In this document: one piece after another, positions 37,801 through 49,800 of the stretch
Layout: every line of letters starts with the position of its first letter
Numbering within the stretch: position 1 is the first letter of the stretch
Source: Saccostrea cucullata
Lineage: Eukaryota
Assembly (NCBI RefSeq): GCF_032062105.1
Contig: NW_026936019.1
Location: 620,001 to 684,000 of the forward strand
DNA length: 64,000 bases
Direction of reading: 5' to 3'
Notes under the pieces: model-generated
What the model was told of the DNA's origin: nothing
The model's input: the letters and a program-made list of their open reading frames with translations, nothing else
The model's database searches: none
Position numbers and translations under genes: made by a program

Positions 37801-40555
37801 TAATTGCCTACCAATTAGTATGAAAAACGTCAGTCAGCATTTGACTCATTGATATATTGTATTTTGCAGACAAGGTCATTGTATTGACCATAGAACATAC
37901 GAAATGATTACTTTAAACGATACTTCTGATATTCTTGTTTCATCAACTTGTTTGTCAGTAATTTACCTCGTTTTAGAAATTGTTCATACATAGAGCATGC
38001 TCTTGCGTATCGAATCAACTGAGATATATACACTCCGTATGCAGGTGATCAAGGTATATTGCAGCATAAGTATGGGAAGTTGACGATAGAAAAGTTAAAG
38101 TCATCACGTTTATCATAAAGCTTGGTTGTTAGATTACCATTAACGTCTTTTTCAAGTAAAATATCCAAATATGAAACAGATGACTCAGACTCTGTGGTTA
38201 CAGACAGGTATCCCCATCATTGTATTACCCTGTTTTTCAAGAGGTTTGCCTGATAAATCCTTAAATGCCTTTCATTGTTCCGTCGCTATATAGCTTGCGA
38301 CCTACCTGTTCTTTGAATGAATCTGTATGATATCTCAAATCCTCGAAATACGTCGCTGTCATCTGTTATGAATTCTAAGAATAAGTTTTGTCCAGAAGAC
38401 ACAAGGTCTATTGAAGTATGGCCACAAAAGTCTCCCAGTAGTTTGGCATTTGTATTTGACCCATCGTACACATTGAGGTAGTCATAGCTGCATCTTTTTA
38501 TTAAAAAAATAATAAAATTCAACGCTTCGTTACCCATAATCATAAAAGTAAAAAAAAATGAAAGAGATGACCTCTGCTTACAGAATAAGGTTTCATATGT
38601 TATGATGATATATATTTATAAAAGAAATAAAATTCAAACGAATTTAGTGTCAGCAGCCGAGACATAATAAGAAATAAACACTTTGTTGAAAATTAAGATA
38701 ATGTTTAAGAATGTTTTTTTTTAAATCTCCAATATAAGAAATGGGAACACAGTCAAATATAGGTAGAACTTACGAATTATCTTGCTCCAGATTGAAGTAC
38801 GTGGACGTTAATCTGATAACCTTTCCTACAGGAGCGTGGATCCGCCACGTACAATCCGCGTTATTGTGGTACCTAGAGCCCTGGGTCTGGCTATTTATCA
38901 GACCATTGTTAGTTGTCAGGTAACCATGGCCACCACAACCGTGGGAACTTCCAGAATCTGGAAGTATAATCTTACAGTATAGCACTCTGATGGACAACAA
39001 ATAAATGACGGAAAACTTGGAAAACCAAACATCAATTTCTAAATTCTGATAAAATTGGTCAAATGACACTTATGGCACGCCAAATTCACAAAAATGATCT
39101 TAACATAGTTTCACAGTTGATAAACTAGGTTTATCGACTGTAAGCTATAGTTTACAAACCGTGAAATGTAGTTAACAATTCATTAACTATAGTTTTCATC
39201 TGTTAAACTATATTTAACGGTTGTTAACTATAGTTTACGAATGCTAATCTAAGTTCATCTGTCTGTAATAAAACGCTAACAATAGATTGTGTTGAAAAAC
39301 ATAGATTCACGTCTGTAAACTATAATTAACAATCGTTAACTATAGTTAAGAGTTGTTAATCATAGTTTACAAATCGTGAAACTGTATTTATCAGATAATC
39401 TAAGTTTTGAAATTGCAAATGATTGTTTTCAGTGTTAAGAACTTTGTTAACTATAGTTTACAGTCCGTAAACTATAGTTTACAACCAATAAACCTAGTTT
39501 ATCGACTGTGAAACTATGTTTAGCTCATTTTCGTGAATTTGGCGTGACATAGATACTTGAAGTGTGATACGGAATCGTTATATAGATTTTAAAGAAAAAA
39601 TTAGACCATGAACAGTATAGAAGCTCAAAGTCTATAGTACAAATCAGGAACAGAGCAAACAGGGACCTTAAAAAAACATCAGGGCTGGGATCAGGTGCCA
39701 TGGAGGAGTAAGCATCCCCTGCCGGCCACACCCACTGTGTGCTAGTTGTCATGATCGGGAAAACGAAAAAAAAAATCCCTAGACAATTCAGTCTGAAGAG
39801 AGTGGCCCAAAAAATTGGTATGAAAAAATATTAGTCAGCATTTGATAGGTTGTATTTCCTTGGATACCATTTGGTATATTATATTTAATTATTACAGCTT
39901 TAAAAATGTTAATATTTAAGATGTACTAATATTTAAGACCAGTGAAAGGTCAATCAGGTATGATGTAATATTTATCTATCTGACCCACTAATGGTTTTAC
40001 TTCCTACTTTTTATGATAAAGTTACAGTGTACTATAAAAGTCTGGCAATTAAAGCATGCTTGTGAAAACAATTGTTTAAAAATTAAATTTATTTAATTTA
40101 TAAATTTAAACATGTTATCTTAGGATACATTTACCATAGAATTTGTTTTAAAATAAATTGAGCAGATCAGTAAACCTTGAAAAGATAGTTAATCAAAGAA
40201 ATGGGGCCTTGTTTTTTTTTCCTTTAAAATACAAATGTTGACAGCAGTAACAGTCGGTAGTAAGGCGAATTTATAAATTTGAAACAAAAGGGAATAAGCT
40301 ACTTTGGAACCAAAGCAGCCAAATTCCCGAAGATACAAATACACACTACATACTGGTATGTCTTTTTTTCTTAATGTGTTTCCTGTTGTATGAATTTTGG
40401 AAATAAAAGAGCTGCTATGTTGCCTTTGATTATCAGTAAGGTTTTAACATAATATAAGTACTACGGAGGAAATCAGCGTTGTTCCTACCAGAATGTATTA
40501 CAGCGGGGAGAATCAGAAAGTACACAATCCTCAGAAAGTCCGCCATTTCTGCCAT
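31820..40555 (-). CDS. Secreted modular serine protease SP-CUB-LDLa-LDLa-CUB-CUB-CUB-LDLa-Tryp (matriptase/enteropeptidase-like), 930 aa
   Basis: 16 exons: 40555-40489, 38957-38774, 38493-38306, 36933-36769, 36653-36382, 35565-35463, 35374-35249, 35100-34681, 34595-34414, 34325-34109, 33951-33841, 33758-33569, 33374-33115, 32930-32785, 32104-32020, 31896-31820; 2793 nt, all phases match. Signal-like [24 protein letters not shown]|IVGG, TAGHC / NDITL / GDSGGP, Asp189. AATAAA at 31735-31740. Confidence 0.94.
32290..32762 (+). mobile_element. Old Penelope-like 3' fragment in a protease intron
   Basis: gacgacttcaatgttttcatcgtcaacttccc, cagttgattcga, and caggggatactcactcctccatgacacctgatcc. Confidence 0.7.
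36232..36365. mobile_element. About 135-bp palindromic MITE
   Basis: Arms ctggcctgggggcataaaacttagacgagctcactttt / aaaataagcttgtctacgttttatggcccccaggccag. A sibling copy lies at 61127-61256. Confidence 0.85.
37598..38198 (-). mobile_element. Penelope-like (Naiad-type) 5'-truncated copy, well preserved
   Basis: Reverse strand reads [45 protein letters not shown], continuing to the 3' module. Confidence 0.9.
39071..39551. mobile_element. Foldback-like MITE with ~60-bp TIRs and internal ~21-bp repeats
   Basis: tatggcacgccaaattcacaaaaatga... versus ...tcattttcgtgaatttggcgtgacata. Interior built of aactatagtt palindromic units. Confidence 0.9.
39595..39845 (-). mobile_element. Penelope-like 3' fragment
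   Basis: gggatcaggtgccatggaggagtaagcatcccctgcc. Confidence 0.8.
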
Positions 40556-40579
40556 ATTGTCTACAGGAAAGGGTAATGC

Positions 40580-40650
40580 ACTGTTCTTATCACAATGACA
40601 AGGAGCTTATGATAAGGTTGGATTGACCACAATAATATATATACCCAAGA
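40580..40650 (-). promoter_or_regulatory. Candidate core promoter of the CUB protease
   Basis: TATATATA at about 40635-40643, about 85 nt upstream of the ATG. GATA motifs at 40586 and 40610. Confidence 0.45.
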
Positions 40651-41258
40651 CGTGACCATTTCAACATAATAAAATTATAAGAATGTTTCCATCCCATTTA
40701 GATTGACGCATTTGTATAGTATCTATCACCAAATTGTTTATAATCATCAATATTCGATTGATATGCAAAATTTCCAAAAGTCCCATGAAGTTATCCAGTG
40801 CAGCCATTATATGTAATTGACGAATTTCTAAATATAAGATGATATTGTACCATGTTGTACGGAACACTTATAATTATACACATGTACCTGTGGGTAGTCA
40901 TTAATGATACAAGTCCGCTTTTGAGCAATTCAAAATGTGCCAGACTCCGCTGAAAGTTAGCACATTTTGAATTGCACGGGTCGGATAATGAAAATCAGAA
41001 ATACACCAGATATTTAAAGTATATTTTAATTTTATTTCATGTAAAAAGCACAAACAAAATGAGTATATTGTCCTCTTTATATATGTCGTACTGGTCACCA
41101 CGTTAGAATTTTTCCGGCGGAATTCAATATAACTGCTCCGTTTGTTTTTTGTACTCATAGCTTGGATCCCGGCTCTATAAAAGAATTGAATGAAATAGAA
41201 GTGAAAACATTTAATTTATTATTGTTAAACATCAAGTTTCCTGAAATTATTGAAGTGA

Positions 41259-43554
41259 TTAATAATACAGTGTAGTCAAGACGATTTTCTCCTCACCCAT
41301 AATGAGTTTGGTGTGATTTCCCTGCGCCAACAAGTCGCCATTTTTGGAGCGTATTTCCGCGGATAAGAAGGCCACTCGTCGACCACATTTCACTGTTTTT
41401 GCATCAATCTCAATTATCTCTCCGACTCTAGCGGGCTTTATAAACCTTAATAGAAAATGGTATATTGAATGCAATTTTAACTTATAATATCTTTTTTTAT
41501 TCATCAATCAACTACAAAGTGGAAAAAAATTAAGAACAAAAATTATGCTCAAGAGAAATAAAAAAAAAAATTTCATCTCAAAATTGCATTTTAAGTATTT
41601 TAGTTGTTTAACTGAAAAAACTGCTAATAATAATAAATAGAAACGATTTTTTTTACAAGCCTAGGACTGTTACCGTAGTGACAAGTCAATGCTGGCGCTA
41701 TTTCTGTCCCTGAGTTTGGTGTGGAGAGCCCAGGAAGTGACGGCATCAACTAACAGTGACATCATACCCCCGTGTAAAGTCCCGTGACTATTTCTGTGTT
41801 CCTCTGTCACCTCAAACTCACATGTTATATTTCCTCCGCCTCCTGCCACAACAGAGATCTGAAGTAAACATGAATATCTGATATCACTATGACACATAAG
41901 AGGCTGTCTTATTCAGACAACTCTATAATAATGATATATTGAGGCAAAAAAATATATTAGTTTATCTTGATTATATCATTAATCGATATGGGGTTTTCCC
42001 CTCGAATTTCAATAAGATAGGGGTTTCAAGGCAGACATAGGATAAAATGTCTTGACACCAGTTGTTAGAAGAAAATTAAAAGACACGAACCCATTCGTCC
42101 TCTGGATACTTTTGCTCTCAGCAAACGAGCATTAATATTAATTATAAAACTATTTCTTGATATTGTCGTGTCGTTTTTTACACGCACAGCGGGTGCCCGG
42201 TCTACAGGGGATGCCCTCTCCTCCTAGGCACCTGAGTCCACCTCTGATTTTAGTTAATTTTTTGGGTCAGTTTTTTGCTCTGATCCCAATTTCATTTAAA
42301 TGTATTGTTTGGACGTTCGAGTTTGATTACCTATCGTTGTCTGCATATTACCTACGAAGTGCACCCCGTTATTAGCAGACCTCTTTTTGTACTCATATGA
42401 AGCAGAATTTGTTCAAAATCGTATGAGTGAAAAGAAGAAAACGCTTGATGTGGCCTTCAACTCCACATTTAGATATATCGGCGACTTATTGTCAATTAGC
42501 AATGGTGATTTCCATTCTTATTTCGATACGATATATCCTGGCGAGCTTGATGTAAAAGATAGCACAGAGTCTGACACATTCTGTTTCATATTTAGATGTT
42601 TTACTTGAAAAAGACATTAATGGTAGTCTAACAATCCAGCGCTATGATAAAAGGGATGATTTTAACTTTTCTATCGTCAACTTCCCTTACTTATGCAGCA
42701 ATATATCTTCATCACCTGCATACGGAGTTTATTTATCGTAGTTGATTCGATACGCAAGTTCTACGTATGAACAATTTCTTAAACGAGATAAGTTATTGAC
42801 AAACACGTTAATGAAACAAGAATATCAGCAGTCTCGTTTAAAGTAATAATTTCGTAAGTTCTATGATCGATACAATGACCTTGTCAGCAAATACAATTTA
42901 TAATTGAGTCAAATGCTGGCTGACATTTTTATACTAATTTAGTCCATTATTTCTACATTGACTTGACGACGGATTTTTCCCCCCGATCATGACAAGGAGC
43001 ACAACGGCGGATGCGACCGGTCGGCGGGGGATGCTGACTCCTCCATGGCACCTGATCCCACCTCTGGTGTTTCGGAGGTCCATGTTTACTCTGCTCCTAT
43101 TTTACATTGTTTTATGGACTTTTGATCGTGAATATACTGTTCATTATCACCATATTTTTCATACATTTCTACTGTACAACTATATCTATAAAACAAAAGT
43201 AGAAATATTGGAGACCTCATCGTATTCGTATACTTCGTATTTATAGGCAAACTTAACTGAACTTTAAAAGGGTGAAGATAGCGAACTGAGCTCTGTTACA
43301 GAAATTATCATATAATATGTGTCATTAAATTTGTTGCATGCATTGATGCAATTCATATTTATTCGTTAGAACGGATGCAATTTAAACCCCTGAGTTATCC
43401 TAGTCATTGTGTGAAAACGGTCTGTCAAAAATCAGAACGAGGTAAGTCAGACACTCACCGATTGAATTATATTTTCAAATCTCTTATGTCCAAAGACTCT
43501 TCCTCGAACAACTTCTTTAGCGATTGCTAACCCCTCATCTTCCACATCCTTCAT
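41259..43554 (-). CDS. ACOT13: Acyl-CoA thioesterase 13-like hotdog-fold thioesterase, 155 aa
   Basis: Exons 43554-43459, 41858-41674, 41445-41259 (468 nt). Motifs HRNSHGTLHGG...LVD, SIDLS, KCGRRVAF, LAQGNHTK. Confidence 0.9.
42180..43160 (+). mobile_element. Penelope-like 3' tail (42180-42350) followed by a 0.8-kb copy (42358-43160)
   Basis: [38 protein letters not shown], and a complete 3' module. Confidence 0.88.
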
Positions 43555-43559
43555 CCTCT

Positions 43560-43705
43560 CATTATTTCATTTCGTTTGCTATTTTGTATTAATTGTATTC
43601 TACAGAGTTGTCTCTCTTGCTAGATTATACAAGTTGGATAGGTCGTGCACAACGCTCGCTTTATGTTTATATGGTTCTTTCGGCGACCAGACTTATCAGG
43701 TACGT
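43560..43705. promoter_or_regulatory. Putative bidirectional promoter ACOT13 / TPMT copy 1, with a TPMT 5' UTR exon donor at 43700
   Basis: ACOT13 ATG at 43554 (-). Plus-strand donor CAG|gtacgt at 43699/43700 can pair with the acceptor at 45418, just before the TPMT ATG. Confidence 0.55.
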
Positions 43706-44949
43706 GTAAGAGATTTTTATGTGAAATCTAAATAAGTTATCAGTGCTTCAGAGTATAAATGCATCGATTTTTAAAACTATTTAAAGTTTATATGTAATAT
43801 TACTCGTACATCATCACGATGTTTGTTTATCTACGGAGGGTGATTAGTGCCATAACGAATATATAAAAGACTACAATAAAAAATAGGGAGATAATAAACG
43901 TTAATCAAATTCAAAGTCCATGTAAGGACAGATTCAGATACAAACAATTTTTTTTCTTTGGAGAAGACATCTTTGGTAATGACACTGCATGTTCAAGGCT
44001 TATAATACATGCAGATCCTTTTGGGTCCGTTCTTTTTCTTCACCTATACTTTTGCAGATAAACAGGCACTCTTGAAAAAAGCTTTTTAGTATACCTCTTT
44101 TAATCTTTTAAGTTAACCATGGACTTCTCCTGCCTAGTGGATAGATGGATAAGTACATGTACATGCATCTATCCTGTGATTAAAATTGGAATATGATAAA
44201 TAAGAAAAGATATTTATTGCACAAACAGCATGGAGAAAAAAATTCATGTTCTGAAATGTCAGAAACATGAGTTTTGAGATTGCAACTTTTAGTTGGAATT
44301 TCCTAACGTCTGTCAACATGGTCAATACCCAATATTCGAAATTAAAAAGTGAATATATAAAGTATAAGATCAATTCTAAAAAGTATAAAAGAAATCTTGC
44401 AAACAATAAAAAAAATTTAAACACGCGAACACCCGGAAATGGTGAATATTTTCGACACTATTGTTGGTCAGACGTAAGCAATATTCCTATCGCGGTACAT
44501 TGTTTATGTTCACACGACGGATAGACCTATGAACGGAATATTTTTTTTTTATTTTGATATTTACACAAGTTTAATTAAAAATACTCTGTAGTTTTACTCT
44601 GTGTTCTTATCTTTAATTTTACTTTTTTTTTAATATTAAAACGATATTTCTTTATGATTTTATTTTCTTCATTAGATATCGCTGAAAGTATAAATAAATA
44701 AATTTTATATTGAAATATTTCAATTATTTCAAGTAGTTTCATTCAAATTAAGACACTAAACACGGAATGCTGACCATGATCACCAGACACAGACTTCCTG
44801 TGTAATGCTACGTGTATATAGATTTTTGACATCTTGAGTATTGGAGGTCTCCAGGTAAATAACATTAGTACTACTAAGACTACTAAGACTCCCCCTTCTC
44901 AGGTTACCGTACGGTAAAAAAATTGGGTCTTGAACTATAGAGTTTCGGT

Positions 44950-45365
44950 AGCATCTTTCACTCACAATCCATCGCAATTTCTATGGGAACCAATTGCGTC
45001 CCTTTATAAAGAGACATATTTTTGTATTCATATAAAGCAGAATCTATTCAAAAACTTCTTCATGAGAAGAAGAAAAAGTTGTGGCCTTCAAATCGACATT
45101 TTGATGTTATCAATATTAACAACAGTGATTTCGAATATATGTCAACTCGAAATATCCCAATGAAGTTGAAACAAAATAAACCACGGAGTATGAAACATTT
45201 GTTTTATATTTGGATATTTTTCTGGAAAATGATGTTAATGGTAACCAAACAACAAATATTAATGATAATTGCGATAACTTTAACCTCTCTATCACCATGG
45301 CAGCTTCCTTCATTCATGTATCAATATAGGAGTATCCTTATCATCTTCATATAGAGTTTATATGT
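44950..45365 (+). mobile_element. Decayed Penelope-like RT fragment
   Basis: Remnants MGTNCA, YSYKAESIQKLLHEKKK, YLDIFLENDVNGN. Confidence 0.7.
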
Positions 45366-45437
45366 AAACATGCTTCGATTTGACAACATGACTTACATAT
45401 TAACTATGATTTATACAGAACATTTCTCCGCCTTGTC

Positions 45438-45768
45438 ATGAGTGAGCCTGAATTTACTAAGGTATCACAGGATTTCTGGAAGGAAAAATGGGATACAGGA
45501 AAAATCGGATTTCATAGGTCACACGTCGACTCGTAAGTAGGATTCTTTCAGCAACACAACTTTTGGCATTTAACATTAACTATTAGCATTTTCTCTTTAC
45601 AATAACCGCGAAAAACATTGCAAAAAAAGTTTATCCACCCATGAAGCATTAACGAAGCACATGCCTTTTAATCGTTTCATGTCAGAACTTACGGGATTAG
45701 GACAAAAATGGAGAAATACATAGGAAATTTTGAAAAATATGTCGTTTAATTATGTTTTTCAAGTTTTT

Positions 45769-45808
<40 letters not shown>

Positions 45809-46187
45809 CCGTTTTCGTCCGTCGTCGTGCGTCGCGTGTTGTGTGTTGTGTGTCGTGCGTCGTGTGTTAACATTTGAACATTTTCAGCTTCTTCGTGGAA
45901 ACCGCTGAACCAATTTCAACCAAATTTGGTATACAGCATCAATGGGTGAAGGAAAACATAAATTGTGAATTTTATGGTCCCCGCCCCCCTGAGGCCTGAG
46001 GGGTGGGGCCAAAACCACAAAAAAATAATGAATCTTCAAAAATCTTCTTCTCTACTTGTGGACATCAAGCAGTCAAACTGTTGGTATGAATGTAATGAGC
46101 ATTGAGTCCTCTACCAAAATTGTGAAAATTATGGCCCCAGGGTCAGGGGTTCTAGTGCTAGGGCGGGGCTATATAGATTATATAGTG

Positions 46188-46221
<34 letters not shown>

Positions 46222-46355
46222 GCTCCTGGATATTAAATGAACTAACTAAGTACATAGTTATGATAAGCAAGAGTGGCTCTACCAAAATTGTGAATTTTAT
46301 GGCCCCAGGGTCAGGGTTTCTGGTGTTAGGGCAGGGCTATATAGATTATATAGTG

Positions 46356-46389
<34 letters not shown>

Positions 46390-46523
46390 GCTCCTGGGTA
46401 TTAAATAAACTAACTAAGTACATAGTTATGATGAGCAAGAGTGGCTCTACTAAAATTGTGAATTTTATGGCCCCAGGGTCAGGGGTTCTGGTGTTAGGGC
46501 GGGGCTATATAGATTATATAGTG

Positions 46524-46557
<34 letters not shown>

Positions 46558-46858
46558 GCTCCTGGGTATCAAATAAACTAAGTAAGTACATAGTTATGAT
46601 GAGCAAGAGTGGCTCTGCCAAAATTATGAATTTTATGGACCCAGGGTCAGGGGTTCTGGTGTTAGGGCGGGGCTATATAGATTATATAGTGAAAATGCAT
46701 TATTTCTTTGAAAATCTTCTTTCTGCTCCTGGGTATTAAATGAACTAAGTAAGTACATAGTTATGATGAGCAAGTGTGGCTCTACTAAAATTGTGAATTT
46801 TATGGCCCCAGGGGCAGGGGTTCTGGTGCTAGGGCGGGGCTATATAGATTATATAGTG

Positions 46859-46892
<34 letters not shown>

Positions 46893-49800
46893 GCTCCTGG
46901 GTATTAAATAAACTAACTAAGTACATAGTTATAATGAGCAAGAGTGGCTCTACTAAAATTTTGAATTTGATGGTCTCAGGGTCAGGGGTTCTGGTGTTAG
47001 GGCTGGGCTCTATTGATTATATAGTGAAAAAAACAGTTCTTTGAAAATCTTCCTCTCTGCTCCTGGGTATTAATAAAAATAAACTAAATTAGTATATAGT
47101 TATAATGAGCAAGAGTGCCTCAACCTCATTTGTAAATTTCATGGCCCCTAGCTGTGTCAGGGGTTTACCCATTTTGCGTATGTGGAGTCTTTTGATTCAT
47201 GATAGTGAAAATACTTTAATTCTTTGAAAATCTTTTTGTTTGCACCTGGATATTATGCCAATGATCTAAGTATATATATCTATGATGAAAAAAGGTGCCT
47301 CTATCAAATGGTTAATTCCATGCCCCATGGGTCAGGGGTAGGGGGGGGGGTGTTACATGTAGATAGTCTGAAAATAAATTAATGCTTTGAAATCTGCTCT
47401 TGAGTATTAATCAACCATTTATGATGAAATAAAATTTATGATAAAATTTCGAAAATTTTGAAATAAGTGGCCTCAGGGTCAGTGGTTCCTTTGGGATGGG
47501 GTGCACAACTGGTTATAAGTTGGAAGAGCATTTTTTCTTTGTTACTCTGATCTACCTCTGGGTATTAAGTAACTAGAGTAAGTAAGCTAAGTGTATAGTT
47601 ATGATAAGCAATGGTGCCTCTTTCAAAAGTGTGAATTTTATGGCCTCTGGTTTAAAACATGAACCAAATTCAATTGTGTGAAAGTTGTTGCATGATACTC
47701 AGGTGACCTATAAGGCCCGTGGGCCTCTTGTTTTTTTAACAATTGGATGACAAATTTATTTATATTTGTGCTTCTTGTATAAACGCATTTCTTAAACTGT
47801 TTGTTTGAACTATACATTCATTCATTATCATCGTTGCGAACATTTCATAAACCGTATACAGAAACAGGAATTCGAAAAAAAAATCAAAGTACTCAGAAGT
47901 ACAGAGAGCCTGGCTCATTTACAGAGTAGAATGGATTTCTTACATGAATCACGTTTATATTCTGACGAAAAAATTATTTTAAAACTATCAATATAAATGA
48001 TAAGACACTGACAGTGAGTCTTTCAATCCTAATACCACGGTCCGATTTTGTCAGAATCAGAATTAATCTGGTACCGCAGCTGAATGTAAACAAACAGGCC
48101 AGTCTGGTTCCCCCTCCTGCTTTACCTCGTATGTGTAGAGAACTACGGTAACACTGATTATCAAAAATCCTTACGCTAATAAACTTTGACTTATGAAGTT
48201 TTCAAAGTCATTACTACTAATGTTTATTTTATATAGATAAAACTTCGTTTTATTTTTGTTGCTTTATTTAGCGTTTGTATTATCTCAAATGCGGTTGAGA
48301 GTAAGAACTATATTTTTGCACGTAACTTTGAAATGGCGACTTTGGGGTTAACATCCTGCTTTGAACAGGATCACATAAGCCGGCAATTGCTCTTTGAGCA
48401 ATAAGCCCGGCTAATGATGAATGAAAGAATTGTATGAACATAGAAAACGCGTTCTTTCATTTCTGTTCAGCGTTTTTTTTTTTAATACATTTATACATTT
48501 AAACTCACAGGTTATTGGAAAAGCATATAGACAAACTCATCAATGGCAGAGAGAACATACAGATTTTCTTTCCGTTATGTGGAAAGGCTCTAGACATGAG
48601 ACGGTAACGATTATTCTTATTTATTAAGCACTGAATATAATATCCTTATAGAACCGATGTATTAATTTAGTTTAAGAAGTATTTTATTCATAATATACAA
48701 AGAGGTTTACAATATGAATATGGATTGAACAGCAGGCCAAGGGCCTATATTAGTTCTCTCCATTTGAGATCAAGGTACATTTAAAGTACTATACATATTT
48801 TAAGTTCCACAAAGCATGTATTATAAATTAATATTGAGAGAATTATAGAGAGTACATAACTGAAGAAAAATTGAGGGGAAAAATGCGTAAAGAAAACAAT
48901 AAAATAAATTTAAAACAAACAAAAAATGATGGAAAAAACAAACAAAAAATTAAGTAATAAGAATGGAGGGGAAGGCTCAGACCCATACTTGTATGTTTAT
49001 GTGTACTTTCAACTTAAAGGTCAAGATTGAAAGACATGCTGCATATTATTTAATAAATTTTCTAATTCTAAAATCTTTACGTGTTTTTTTTAAAAATAAA
49101 ATTATGAACTTGTTCAAATAACAACATATTTTCTCTAAGAGGTAGACAATAATAACCTGATAAAACAATATTGACATCTCTTGGTATGTCATGTATTACC
49201 GATGTATTATCAACATCAAAATAAATCCAACTATATTTTTATTGCTCTTGATTTGCATAACATATATTTCTGAAATATTTTTTACGCAGTAATGTACATA
49301 ATTGTAATTGCTATAGAATAATATTTCTTTTTGTATTTAAAAAAAATCATTTAAAAAAAAAAGAACAGCAGAACAGTGTTATAGGTTTAAAATAGAGCTT
49401 TAAAAATTATTTAGCAATTAGGCTTGTTTTTATTATTTTTCTTAAATATTTAATTTTTGCAAGCTTATGGGACCTGGGACACACCGTTATAGGCGTAGAA
49501 ACGGTCAGAAGTGCTCTGGAGGACTTTTTTGAGGAACAGTCTATCAAGTACACAGTTACTGATCTGACTGACGGGGAAGGGGAGCTTTTTATCGTAAGTC
49601 AGCAAGAATGAAATAATAAAATGTCACAACTTATTATTCAACAATAAAACTAGCTATGCATCAGTCCTAAATTCGCACATTGGCATATACTAGTACTCCT
49701 TCATTACAGAGTGAAGATAAAAGAATAAAATTATATTGCTGCGATTTGTTTAAATTCAACAGGTACGAGTATATATTATTTTGTTCATTTTTTTTCATTT

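Noticed and set aside
42940-43160. SECIS, hammerhead or HDV ribozyme in the Naiad-type 3' end
   Set aside because: No AUGA-N11-AA...GA geometry, no CUGAnGA/GAAA core and no complete HDV fold by hand. Visible Cys codons are TGC/TGT rather than TGA.
46056-47044. 227-aa and 93-aa ORFs with 56-aa repeats
   Set aside because: By-product of a stop-free 168-bp satellite unit inside a HINE. The frame breaks at a 167-bp unit.
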